DNA of 64,000 nt from a virus, in the UHGV virus genome UHGV-0229283; one strand, given 5' to 3'. Below are positions 47,897 through 57,347 of this stretch, piece by piece. The stretch's first letter is position 1. Every line of letters starts with the position of its first letter. The notes beneath the pieces are model-generated. The model was not told the DNA's origin. It did not search any database and saw only the letters and a program-made list of their open reading frames with translations. Both the position numbers and the translations under genes were made by a program.

Positions 47897-48627
47897 TTAT
47901 TTGCCTCATAAACTGCAATTGCCAAAGACCTCGGGGTACAACTGCGTATGTTTTTTGTTTTCAAAGATTTTCCTCCGCATTTTTTCCATCCCGGATTATC
48001 CTTGTATAAGGATGGCAACGGCTTTTTCTCTGGGCCAATAAAGTTATTTCCCCACCAGAGGCAAGTCTTTTTCTTGTACTGGTCCCGTGGGGGATATATA
48101 TGGGGGTAGAGTGGATGAACGTCTATCAAAGGTAGCCAACCACCAAGATCACAAGGATCAAACATATAATCAGGTTTGCGATACATTGAAGAAAGAACAC
48201 CAACAGGGTTTTCAAAGGCCCAAGGGACATTGTATAAATTCCCAACCTTCTCGACCAATAAACAAAGTTCCATTGCTTCCTTCTGGAAGTTAGGGTTAGC
48301 TGCTCTTTTCTTAGCCCAATGACGTGAACCTGCATTGGTCAGGTGAGTACATTCCGGGAAACCAAAGACGATGTGAACATTGTCACCAACCATTTCTTTG
48401 ATCTCTTGAGCTTGTTGAACGGTCTTGTCGTGGAAGAACCACATCCCGACTTTAACAAGGTCACCCTCGCGGGTGACTCCTGGTGAATGTTGACCATCAA
48501 AAGTCCAAACTTCATAGCCAGCCTCTAACCAAGGACGGGCCATGACCGAAGTGTAATCATAAAGAATGATCACTTTCTTCTTCAAACGGCCTCCCTTAGT
48601 GGAAACTGACCCCTTGGTGATCGGCAT
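47893..48627 (-). CDS. DNA (cytosine-5)-methyltransferase-like protein with a degenerate SAM motif I
   Basis: FGFPECTHL resembles the PCQ motif and AFENPVGVL resembles the ENV motif. The expected FxGxGG site reads IILYDYTSVMARPW, with no glycines. Confidence 0.4.
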   Translation of the reverse strand: MPITKGSVSTKGGRLKKKVIILYDYTSVMARPWLEAGYEVWTFDGQHSPGVTREGDLVKVGMWFFHDKTVQQAQEIKEMVGDNVHIVFGFPECTHLTNAGSRHWAKKRAANPNFQKEAMELCLLVEKVGNLYNVPWAFENPVGVLSSMYRKPDYMFDPCDLGGWLPLIDVHPLYPHIYPPRDQYKKKTCLWWGNNFIGPEKKPLPSLYKDNPGWKKCGGKSLKTKNIRSCTPRSLAIAVYEANK

Positions 48628-48814
48628 TTGTTACCGTACCCGTCATGGAAATTGGAATAATTTTAACTAGGGTGTAGGTCAGATATCTAGCGCTTTCAGA
48701 TTGCCCTGCGATAGTATATCCTTCATCAAGATGTTCTGCCAACACTTTAGCCACATAATTTGGACCACTGTGGTTATTGAATTCGAATTCGACGACTTTA
48801 ACTTCGTGTTTCAT
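48596..48814 (-). CDS. hypothetical protein
   Basis: Start set at MKHEV, via a TAATG overlap after RBS GAGGAGGAG. Confidence 0.3.
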   Translation of the reverse strand: MKHEVKVVEFEFNNHSGPNYVAKVLAEHLDEGYTIAGQSESARYLTYTLVKIIPISMTGTVTNADHQGVSFH

Positions 48815-49098
48815 TAAAACTCCTCCTCTTCCTGGAAGCAACCTACAATTTCAAGATTGCGAATATACTCGCGTAAATGATGGTATAGGACATCATCTGG
48901 AATGTCAACGTAGATCTGTTTATCTCCAGAGAATACAGCATAATACTCCAAATCCTGGAAACCGTTGTAATCTACATCGCTTTCACGACTGTTACGGTCG
49001 CCTTCCATCACAGAATAAAGTGCTTCGACGGTGACGACACCCGCAGTAGGGTGGTCATAACTGAATTCGATCTCTACAGGAAGTGCGGCTTTACTCAT
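48814..49098 (-). CDS. hypothetical protein
   Basis: 94 aa acidic ORF. Confidence 0.3.
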   Translation of the reverse strand: MSKAALPVEIEFSYDHPTAGVVTVEALYSVMEGDRNSRESDVDYNGFQDLEYYAVFSGDKQIYVDIPDDVLYHHLREYIRNLEIVGCFQEEEEF

Positions 49099-49327
49099 TA
49101 AGTCCTCTCGCTTCTAAATTAATTACGAACGCGCCTTCTCCACGGCGAAGCTCGGTATCATCACGCCAGCCACGGAACATTCCCCCGGCGCGACCATGAA
49201 AATATATGCACTTATCGGTTATCCGGGTAATCTCCCCGAATTCCCACTTTTTTGCTCCAGCATTGCCTTGAGAGAAGGCGATCTTGTCGCCAACTCTCGC
49301 CTCATTCCCAAAACAATCTTTGATCAT
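49091..49327 (-). CDS. hypothetical protein
   Basis: 78 aa ORF. Confidence 0.3.
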   Translation of the reverse strand: MIKDCFGNEARVGDKIAFSQGNAGAKKWEFGEITRITDKCIYFHGRAGGMFRGWRDDTELRRGEGAFVINLEARGLNE

Positions 49328-49821
49328 TTAGACTCCAGTTCGGCCTTTAATTCAATATTCTGGTCAATCAGTGCCTCGATAAACTGAATTGCATGGACTG
49401 CTGCACTATGACAACCGTCATCAAACAACTTCCGGCTTACATCATTACGTAAAGCGGCTGCATCACCATGCAGGCGAGTTTCCATATAAGTGCTTATGGT
49501 ATTCCACGCGTTAGCACCAGAACTTAGATATTCCAAAACTGCCAGCACATTCTGAGGGCAGGCAGTCGCAATGTATGTTGCATCCATATCATTGCGCCAA
49601 GCCGAAAGATTACCTGTGTTCTCATGGCGCACAACCGGACCCATATTTCCGTCTGTCACAAACACTGTTTCCATGCCAGCATCTTCCGTTGAAAATGCAA
49701 CCATAGCATGACCATGTGAATCTATCCACCACTTACCCGGTGTTGCTTGACTTGCGATGCGTTTCAAATCATCAATAAGTTTACAAATATTTTCACGATG
49801 TTTCATCTTCTGCGCCTTCAT
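49324..49821 (-). CDS. hypothetical protein (weak resemblance to Ead/Ea22-family phage proteins)
   Basis: 165 aa. The PGKWWIDSHGH segment is recalled from Ead-like proteins. This is uncertain. Confidence 0.3.
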   Translation of the reverse strand: MKAQKMKHRENICKLIDDLKRIASQATPGKWWIDSHGHAMVAFSTEDAGMETVFVTDGNMGPVVRHENTGNLSAWRNDMDATYIATACPQNVLAVLEYLSSGANAWNTISTYMETRLHGDAAALRNDVSRKLFDDGCHSAAVHAIQFIEALIDQNIELKAELESK

Positions 49822-50131
49822 AACGAGTTAGGGTCAATTTAGTAACAGTCAGGCTCACACCTTCTGAAGTTTCTACCACAAAAGTATTGTGGACACCATC
49901 TAAAACTACGACGATGAAGTCACCAACCGCAGGCGGCAGATCCGCAAGTTTCAGGGCAACCACTGCCTCTGCGTATTCACCATCATTGATGACTCGTATA
50001 GCGATATCATGTCCAGGACCTTGTTCTGTGAAGTCAAATACCCGAACTTCATTTTCTGTGGTTTCATCCTCTTTGGCAAAGAGCCAGTTAATTAGACGTT
50101 TGAACATTCTTCGCCCTCTTGACAATTTCAT
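49793..50131 (-). CDS. hypothetical protein
   Basis: 112 aa ORF. Confidence 0.3.
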   Translation of the reverse strand: MKLSRGRRMFKRLINWLFAKEDETTENEVRVFDFTEQGPGHDIAIRVINDGEYAEAVVALKLADLPPAVGDFIVVVLDGVHNTFVVETSEGVSLTVTKLTLTRYEGAEDETS

Positions 50132-50270
50132 GAATTATATCTTGGAGTCTTTCCCACGCTTCCAGTTCAGCTTGCTGCATCTCATCGTGATAATCTTGAG
50201 CGATATCACGGAGTTTCATTAGCTTTTCTGTTGTTACCTTACTCAGGTCAGTGAAGTCTTCAACCTGCAT
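50088..50270 (-). CDS. small hypothetical protein
   Basis: Start set at MQVEDF with RBS GAGGAGAG. 60 aa. Confidence 0.25.
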   Translation of the reverse strand: MQVEDFTDLSKVTTEKLMKLRDIAQDYHDEMQQAELEAWERLQDIIHEIVKRAKNVQTSN

Positions 50271-50718
50271 TTTTGCTCTCCTCATAGAACTTAATCCACT
50301 TCTTAGTTGATTTGATACCACCTTCCAAAGACTTGTCCCTCTGAACCGCCACCTGCTCAACAATACGGTTCTGTAGAGCAAAACTCATGCGATCCCCCAA
50401 CCTACGGAATGGATTCCCCTTGTACCCATTGCCATTATGGATGCTAACTGCATCCTGTAACGAGATAAAGAATGGGCGACAAATCTTTTTACATCGAGGG
50501 AATGCAAGCTGGTAGCCAAAGCGACCATCTTTAACTTCTGGGAAGTTAGAAAGACGACGAGGGACATACCCATAAGCAGACATCATCTCGTCAAGAGAGG
50601 CCATTTGGATGTGGGTAGTGTCCATAGCTTTTTCAGAGCGAGGAACCTGCCATTGATTCCATACTTCAAGTTCTTTGCGGAACTTTTCTACCAGCTCCAG
50701 ACGAGAATATGATGCCAT
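50260..50718 (-). CDS. hypothetical protein
   Basis: 152 aa ORF. Confidence 0.3.
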   Translation of the reverse strand: MASYSRLELVEKFRKELEVWNQWQVPRSEKAMDTTHIQMASLDEMMSAYGYVPRRLSNFPEVKDGRFGYQLAFPRCKKICRPFFISLQDAVSIHNGNGYKGNPFRRLGDRMSFALQNRIVEQVAVQRDKSLEGGIKSTKKWIKFYEESKNAG

Positions 50719-50727
50719 TATTTTCTC

Positions 50728-52035
50728 CTAAAATTTTCCTGGGAATGTGTCTTTGTAGAATTTAACAATTCTTTGGTCTACGATAATATCACGTTCTTTA
50801 ACCGGACGCAACAATCTTAAACCTTTTGTAGAAGTGGCCCTGCTAAAGGCAACATAGGCCATCCCAGGAGCAAAAGCTCCATAACCAAAGTCTATATTAA
50901 CCTCTGGCAAAGTCAAGCCTTGAGCTTTGTGAATGGTCACTGCATAACCAAGGCGAATGGGTAAGTTTGTGTATGTTCCAACAACAATCTTTTCCAATTC
51001 CTCTTCAGTCTTACCATTCTTGATAACCTTTCTTGGGAAGTATTCAACATTTTCCCAGACATTCTTTTCGATCTCTACAACCTTGCCGTCTTCCAGTTCT
51101 ACATCTACCGAAAACTTCCTTAGGGCCTTGATAATACCCCGTGTTCCGTTTACAAATTTAGGACCGTCTTCATCTGGATTCTGATCATTAACGGTGATCA
51201 TGACACGAGTCCCTACCTTGAGGTGTAGACTCTCAGCAACTGGACGCTGGGCAAAATCTCCTGTTTTGGAGGCTTTGTAAATAACCTCTTCACCCGGTAT
51301 CTGATCGTAATGCTTTTTGTTGATACGTTCCGCCGCGGCATTAGTTGAAGTCAGGGTAATCGCATTCAGTGCTGCACCTTTTGAATAGCACTGATTGTTG
51401 AGGAATTTAACTATTTCATCAATACGCTCGCCTTTCCTCATATGATTCAACAACGATGAAAAATGCACACTGTTTTGACGATAAATCTTGTCAAGAAGTA
51501 CAGGGTATGGATTTATCTCTCCCCAAGTGTCTGAGAAACACGATAATTCTGTGCTGTGGAGTTCGAAGTAAGCGTTTTCTTCAGAATCTGTCAGAACTGG
51601 AGGGTTCTGAAAGAAATCACCAAACATTATGACCTGAAGACCGCCGAAAGCTTTCTTAGGCTCCCTTCTCGCAACACGTAGTTTCTGATCCATTTCCCAC
51701 AATTTGTCGGCTCGCACCATAGATATTTCATCAATAATGATACGCTCAAGAGATTTGCTTTTTAAAAGTTTTTTAGGTTTAGTTTTTACTGTCTTACCAT
51801 CATTTTCTGTGGCTATCCCCATTGATAACCCGAAAGCTCGATGAGTTGTCATTCCATCAACATTAAGTGAAGCGACCCCTGTCGGGGCCACTGTTAATGT
51901 TGAACTTGGATACAGGGATTGGATTGTTTTGATCAGATGGCTCTTGCCACTACCACCAGGTCCCGTAATGAAAACGTTTTTGCCTTCAATGATAGCACCT
52001 AAGGCCTCTTCCGTTCCCACTCCAAAATCAGACAT
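50728..52035 (-). CDS. SF1B DNA helicase (Dda / RecD / PIF1-like)
   Basis: Walker A GPGGSGKSH, Walker B IIIDEISM and motif VI AVTIHKAQGLT. Confidence 0.65.
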   Translation of the reverse strand: MSDFGVGTEEALGAIIEGKNVFITGPGGSGKSHLIKTIQSLYPSSTLTVAPTGVASLNVDGMTTHRAFGLSMGIATENDGKTVKTKPKKLLKSKSLERIIIDEISMVRADKLWEMDQKLRVARREPKKAFGGLQVIMFGDFFQNPPVLTDSEENAYFELHSTELSCFSDTWGEINPYPVLLDKIYRQNSVHFSSLLNHMRKGERIDEIVKFLNNQCYSKGAALNAITLTSTNAAAERINKKHYDQIPGEEVIYKASKTGDFAQRPVAESLHLKVGTRVMITVNDQNPDEDGPKFVNGTRGIIKALRKFSVDVELEDGKVVEIEKNVWENVEYFPRKVIKNGKTEEELEKIVVGTYTNLPIRLGYAVTIHKAQGLTLPEVNIDFGYGAFAPGMAYVAFSRATSTKGLRLLRPVKERDIIVDQRIVKFYKDTFPGKF

Positions 52036-53270
52036 TAATCCTCCTTATCGAGATAAATTTCGTCCAGGATAGCACCCCTTACACCCACAACAATAACATC
52101 AGGAGCACCTGCTGGCTTTTCTTTTCCTGTCAATACCTCATAGCGGCAGCAGCGGCATTTCTTGTTATTGTAGTTATATGGTACGCTAACAATGTCTGCC
52201 GGGTCAACAGATACCTCAACCACATTACCATAATCACGGGCATATTCCTTGGAGGCGATATGTAAACCCTGGCTACAAGCTTTGGTTGGGTCATCTTCAA
52301 CCATGTTTCTTGGCATAGTGACTGTGGTGTTAGCCCAGTTAGGGACCAAGCCTGTGAACCAGTCACGAGGACCATTCTCAGTGCGTTTAAGACCCTTGTA
52401 GGCCAAGATGTTGCCATTCTCCAGAATCTCGAACTTGTTATGCTCCAAGAAGTCGTACAGCATTTCAACCGATTTGTAAGAAGGATTGAGCATCAGCTTC
52501 CGCATGAACTCGACATAACGGTTATCGAACTTCCCCGTCTCGATATCGGAAACAATACGGCGAGCAATACCGCTTTCTTGTTTGATACCGTGCCAGTACA
52601 GAATTCCGTCTAGCAGCTTCATATCCGGTCCAAGGTCGATTGCCACTTCAGCTTTTGCAGCGATCCCCGCTTCAATAAGCGCTACGGCTTCGTCGATCTT
52701 GTTGTTTAACAGCAACATACCGACGTCGTTAAAGATTTCGCTGTTACTGCCCAGAGTATGAATGGTTCCATCTGGAAGTGTGATGGAAACGTTGCCTGGT
52801 GTCATGATGACAATGGGATCAGCTTTCGTGTCATCAACAACCGAAATCTTAATAGGCACAGGTGTAGGTTCTGGAAGCTGAGGAACAGTAACGCTCACTT
52901 CTACATCAGAAACCACGAACACCACTTCCCAGCGCTTACCACGCTTGCCAAGGTCCTTGACAACTCCCTCCTCTTTGTCATGTCCTGCTGTTGTCTTTGC
53001 ATGATCGATAATCTTCGCATTCTGTACAGTCTTAGAGAATGCTCGGGCCTCTCCACGACTCGCAAAGAACATAGAGGCAGTTGGCGCAGGGTAAGTTTCC
53101 ATATCGAAGGAAATCGTCTTTTCCGGGGAAGCACCAATACTGTCTTTGGGGACAACCATCCAACGCCCCTCTGCCAGCACCGCTGGGGATACACCACGGT
53201 CCACAACCTTCATACCACGACTTGCAGCACAAACACGAGCATCTGCACGGGATTTAAAAAGATCACTCAT
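52035..53270 (-). CDS. rIIB-like protein
   Basis: 411 aa, immediately downstream of and coupled to the rIIA-like gene (ATGA overlap). The assignment is mostly by synteny. Confidence 0.4.
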   Translation of the reverse strand: MSDLFKSRADARVCAASRGMKVVDRGVSPAVLAEGRWMVVPKDSIGASPEKTISFDMETYPAPTASMFFASRGEARAFSKTVQNAKIIDHAKTTAGHDKEEGVVKDLGKRGKRWEVVFVVSDVEVSVTVPQLPEPTPVPIKISVVDDTKADPIVIMTPGNVSITLPDGTIHTLGSNSEIFNDVGMLLLNNKIDEAVALIEAGIAAKAEVAIDLGPDMKLLDGILYWHGIKQESGIARRIVSDIETGKFDNRYVEFMRKLMLNPSYKSVEMLYDFLEHNKFEILENGNILAYKGLKRTENGPRDWFTGLVPNWANTTVTMPRNMVEDDPTKACSQGLHIASKEYARDYGNVVEVSVDPADIVSVPYNYNNKKCRCCRYEVLTGKEKPAGAPDVIVVGVRGAILDEIYLDKED

Positions 53271-55258
53271 TATTTCTCTCCTTTGCTATCAATAAATTTA
53301 CGATACTCAGCCACCTCTGGTGAGTTAAAATGCTCCATCGAGATGTGCTTCAGTAACGGGTAACGTTCTTTTACCTTGTTAATCAGGCTTTTCCCAACAC
53401 GAATACGTCCATTGACGATTCTCTTCGCAGTTCTTTCTGCACTATAATAACCTTTAACATGGTAAAGGGTACTAGCCATATTAACCTTTTCCTTGTATTC
53501 AGGATCTTTGACAACCTCTACACCTATTCCCTTTAAGTCGTCCAAGAGAGAGCGATACTCACGCTGTCTGGTTAACTGATTAAGATGATAATCCAACAGG
53601 TTTGAACTTGCAACCTTATAAAGGTCGTCCTGTGTAATCATCCTAACATCATCATCCAGCCAACTCACTCGGTTTAAAGGTACGATGTATAATTTATCAT
53701 CAATACCAAGATCTGACAAGAAGGTCTCCGGTTGATGACGGTTAGAAAGGTACGCCGTAGACCCAAGGTCACAAGTCCCTCGTGCCTGACCACCAGAATA
53801 GATCATGGCATATTTGATATCATCAAATTCCGCACGGGAGATACGTGTTTTCCTAATAGCTCCACTCTGCTCAATGATCCATACTGGATGCCCTGGTTCA
53901 TACAGGCTATAGCCGCCATACTTTTTATCCGATTTCGATGCTGGACGCTTTTCCAAATCCGACAGCTTATGGATCATTCCCGCAAAGAATGGATTATCAC
54001 ACATTTGTGCCACACCAAGATTGTCCGTCAGATAGACGGCCTTGCCTGTTACATCAAACAACTGATTACATTTACTTCTAACCAGCTTATTGTCGTCGTT
54101 GTATACAAGATGGTAACCATTCATCATATCCGCATATGAATAGTCTTTGTCAGTTCTACGCTTCTCCCCGTGGCCGTTGTAAGTTACACATTCCTTGACG
54201 CTTACAGAGTCAACATAATCTCTGAACAATTCCGCAATGTATTTTGCGCCGTATTTTGTAGCAAACCACCCGCCAACTCGCTTCATATACTCCAGAACAT
54301 CCGCAAGTTTTGGAAGCTTACGGAGTTCATGGTAAATTTCTTCACCACGGCGATCAAGGGCCGTCTGAACGAATGTCTTAAGGCGCTCTTCGAAGCCACG
54401 GTCATTCTTGCCCTCGATAGTCCATTCACGTCCCGGATTGACATCGCAATCCCCGATTGGGATGGACACCATCATCAGGGGCCATTCAGGGTTATTGCTC
54501 AGAAACTTTGATTTGTACGGCTGTTGTCCCATAACCACAACGCTATCAGCATTGTTAGATACCGACGAATACATTTCCAGCATCCAACCAGATTCTTCAT
54601 CTTTGAACGTATACTGCACCGGGTAGGTACGGTCTCGAATAGATGAAGTCACAAATGGGTCATTGATCTCGTAAGGGAACTTAGCATAACGCAGGCAACT
54701 GATAATTGCACGGCGGTATTTCTCAGTCTCTGCCGGGTCAACGTTGAATTTGATTTCAACACCATTTTCTTCTATGGTTTTTGACTCGTGGAGAGGCACA
54801 ACCTCAGGTATCCCTTGGTCTTTATGAACAGAGTACACAGTTTTAGTACCATCTTTGATGGAGATGACACTGAACATGTCCGTAACGGTGAACGGGGCCT
54901 TGGAACCAATACCTTTCGCACCGATCAGATCGTTGGATTCACGTTTGGTGGACGACCCCAGCATCATGAAGGTCTGGGTAACCATGTCAAAGTCCATCCC
55001 AATACCACCATCCTTGACAGAATACCACGGTTCTAGGTCAGTTGGGGAGTGGATGATAATCGGTTTATCCCGGCATCCGGCTTCTGTGTGTGCATCTACC
55101 GCATTGAACAGGGGTTCACGACAGGCAGCAAGGATCTTGTCCTCATAAATACCATCGATCAAGATACTGAAAGTTTCAGCATTAATCGCGATACCAGCCT
55201 GATAGCGTTTGACGTTGGTACTAACTTCTACCTTCTTCTCATTACGCTCGATTATCAT
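53270..55258 (-). CDS. rIIA-like protein with an N-terminal GHKL (HATPase_c) domain
   Basis: N-box EPLFNAVDAH, G1 VKDGGIGM and G2 GAKGIGSKA, as in T4 rIIA. 662 aa. Confidence 0.55.
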   Translation of the reverse strand: MIIERNEKKVEVSTNVKRYQAGIAINAETFSILIDGIYEDKILAACREPLFNAVDAHTEAGCRDKPIIIHSPTDLEPWYSVKDGGIGMDFDMVTQTFMMLGSSTKRESNDLIGAKGIGSKAPFTVTDMFSVISIKDGTKTVYSVHKDQGIPEVVPLHESKTIEENGVEIKFNVDPAETEKYRRAIISCLRYAKFPYEINDPFVTSSIRDRTYPVQYTFKDEESGWMLEMYSSVSNNADSVVVMGQQPYKSKFLSNNPEWPLMMVSIPIGDCDVNPGREWTIEGKNDRGFEERLKTFVQTALDRRGEEIYHELRKLPKLADVLEYMKRVGGWFATKYGAKYIAELFRDYVDSVSVKECVTYNGHGEKRRTDKDYSYADMMNGYHLVYNDDNKLVRSKCNQLFDVTGKAVYLTDNLGVAQMCDNPFFAGMIHKLSDLEKRPASKSDKKYGGYSLYEPGHPVWIIEQSGAIRKTRISRAEFDDIKYAMIYSGGQARGTCDLGSTAYLSNRHQPETFLSDLGIDDKLYIVPLNRVSWLDDDVRMITQDDLYKVASSNLLDYHLNQLTRQREYRSLLDDLKGIGVEVVKDPEYKEKVNMASTLYHVKGYYSAERTAKRIVNGRIRVGKSLINKVKERYPLLKHISMEHFNSPEVAEYRKFIDSKGEK

Positions 55259-55427
55259 CTACTTCTCCTACTTTTTGCAGTTATTTATATTTAGTCTAAA
55301 GGCCGCTGTAGCCATACCTATTGCGTATGCTCCACAAATTTGTTCCCAATACATGGGCTGTGACAGTGACAATATCACACACAGAGGGGTAATGCAAACA
55401 AATATTACTAAGAATTTCTTCATGAGT

Positions 55428-55985
55428 TCATGCCCCCTGAGAATCTTCTTTCTCTTTATAATATATATGGTTATCGATCCTGACTGTGCGTAGCATGGCC
55501 TTTGTCCAGTAGGGTTTTACTTTTCGTGAATGGTAGTGGGTTGCTCCATGTGTTATGTCCAGAGCATCGTAGACGATCCTGTTTTGTTTATGAATCTTGA
55601 TCAGAACTTTTGCAAACTCTTGTGCCTTCTCCCAGCGATCCTTTTCATAGACTTTAAACGTTGTTCCTGAAGATGTCCAGGAGAATTGTCCGGGCTGGTA
55701 GACGATCTTTTTTACTGTTCCAGGGTACTTATCGTTATCCTTACGATTCAAAGTTACGAATGCGATCGACATTAACCCGGAATCACTCTCTCCACGAGCT
55801 TCTTTGTACATGTTGCAGGCTAAAATGTTTACCACTGTATCATCTTTTTTGCACAGATGAATTACCTTGGGCTTCTTTGCGTTGTCTTTAGCCAGTACAG
55901 GTGTGGTGGCTAGAGAAAACACACAGGCGGTTGCCAGAATCAGATTTTTCAATTTCAAATTTACACTCCAAATTAAAAGCCCCAT
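55428..55985 (-). CDS. secreted cell-wall hydrolase, SleB / Hydrolase_2 family (candidate endolysin)
   Basis: Signal peptide KLKNLILATACVFSLATTPVLA. LACNMYKEARGES...AFVTLNR...YQPGQFSW matches the SleB-type hydrolase domain. The true start is possibly the TTG at KLKNL, after GGAG. Confidence 0.55.
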   Translation of the reverse strand: MGLLIWSVNLKLKNLILATACVFSLATTPVLAKDNAKKPKVIHLCKKDDTVVNILACNMYKEARGESDSGLMSIAFVTLNRKDNDKYPGTVKKIVYQPGQFSWTSSGTTFKVYEKDRWEKAQEFAKVLIKIHKQNRIVYDALDITHGATHYHSRKVKPYWTKAMLRTVRIDNHIYYKEKEDSQGA

Positions 55986-55996
55986 TGCGGGGCTAA
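55976..55996 (-). terminator. hairpin terminator downstream of tnpB (possibly the IS right-end hairpin)
   Basis: On the minus strand: AGCCCC-GCAAT-GGGGCT followed by TTTTAATTT. It overlaps the start codon of the hydrolase. Confidence 0.45.
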
Positions 55997-57347
55997 GATG
56001 CTATAATTTTACTTATGGGTCAACCCCTTATTAAGGATATTTTTTGCAGCATTAATGTCTGCATTCTCAGTATGACCGCAAGAAATACATAAAAATTTAG
56101 CTTGTGTTTTCCTGTTTTCTTTTGATACATACCCACATCCAGAGCACGTCTGAGAGGTATATGCTGGATTAACAATCATTAACTCACTTCCGTACCTGAT
56201 CGTTTTGTAAGCTAACTGCATACGTACCGAGTATAGACTCATATTTAGAATCTCTCGGTTAAGCCCTGTTTTAGCCTTCACATTTTTACCAGGCTGTTCA
56301 ATCGTTCCTTTTGACGATTTCGTCATATTGGAAACTTTCAAATCTTCCAGAACAATTTTGTAGGATTTTGTAGCCAACTTTTTAGTAAGTTTGTGGCAGG
56401 CGTCTTGGCGAATACTCCCTTGTTTGGACTTGCGTACAGTGATCATTTCGCCAAGCTTTTTGTATCTTGCGCTGCCTTTCTGGCATTTGGCTTGCTTACG
56501 TTGAAGAATACGAATACGTTCTTCAAGAGCCTTTAACGATTCTTTAGGATACTCCTCATGCCATGCTGTTTCACTATCTGAATCATAGCATGTTGCATAC
56601 TGTGCAACACCTAAGTCAACACCAACACACATTTCCCTTTTATTAGAGATCTGATAATAATCTTCGTCAGGTATTTCAAAGATGAAAGCAACATACCAGT
56701 CACCAGCAGTTTTGCTGAACGTGGTATTCATAAGTTTCCCATTCAGGATACGTGCAGGTATCTTATCTCCCAGTTTCATCTTTCCAAGTCTGTTGTGGAT
56801 GATGTAAGCCCCAACGTCATCAAGATTCTTTTCCTTTTTGAAGTCTGTATTGCTTAATTTAAAACCTTTCCTGCGATGCTTTGATTGAAACTTGGGTCTG
56901 CCTCCAAGCTTTTTGAAGCATCGCTGCCATGCCTCTTTGAGGTCATACTTTATAGCAAGCTGGCCAACACTACCGGGTATCCCATTTAACCATGTGTGGA
57001 TTCCTGAGCCTAACATTACTCCAGATTTTGTTGGCTTTTTAAAACCGAGAGGGTATTTACCTTGGTTAAAAAATTTATCGTATTCATTTATTTTTGCCAA
57101 TTTCCATTTTTCATCAGGAGATAGGGTTTCTTGGTCTATGAAACATAACCCTAATGCATAATTAAAAGCATAACGTCTGGCGTTGCTCCAATGAAGAAGA
57201 GTGCTGTTTTGGCGATTATTTGTACCAACTTTTGTTTTAAAACCTACCATCATGATAATCATCTACCTGCGCTGTTAAAGTTCATTCCGACAGTACCACA
57301 CTACGTGAGGAACGTGATAGAATGGAGAGTTCGTGCATACAGTCCAG
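55997..57347 (-). mobile_element. IS200/IS605-family insertion carrying only tnpB (approximate ends)
   Basis: A TnpB gene with no neighbouring TnpA, flanked by hairpins, inserted between the wall hydrolase and RNA ligase genes. The ends are not mapped. Confidence 0.4.
56009..57262 (-). CDS. tnpB: TnpB (IS605 OrfB) RNA-guided nuclease-like transposon protein
   Basis: 417 aa. The C-terminal RuvC-III / zinc finger is CSGCGYVSKENRKTQAKFLCISCGHTENADINAAKNI. The RuvC-I region is CVGVDLGV. Confidence 0.75.
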   Translation of the reverse strand: MIIMMVGFKTKVGTNNRQNSTLLHWSNARRYAFNYALGLCFIDQETLSPDEKWKLAKINEYDKFFNQGKYPLGFKKPTKSGVMLGSGIHTWLNGIPGSVGQLAIKYDLKEAWQRCFKKLGGRPKFQSKHRRKGFKLSNTDFKKEKNLDDVGAYIIHNRLGKMKLGDKIPARILNGKLMNTTFSKTAGDWYVAFIFEIPDEDYYQISNKREMCVGVDLGVAQYATCYDSDSETAWHEEYPKESLKALEERIRILQRKQAKCQKGSARYKKLGEMITVRKSKQGSIRQDACHKLTKKLATKSYKIVLEDLKVSNMTKSSKGTIEQPGKNVKAKTGLNREILNMSLYSVRMQLAYKTIRYGSELMIVNPAYTSQTCSGCGYVSKENRKTQAKFLCISCGHTENADINAAKNILNKGLTHK

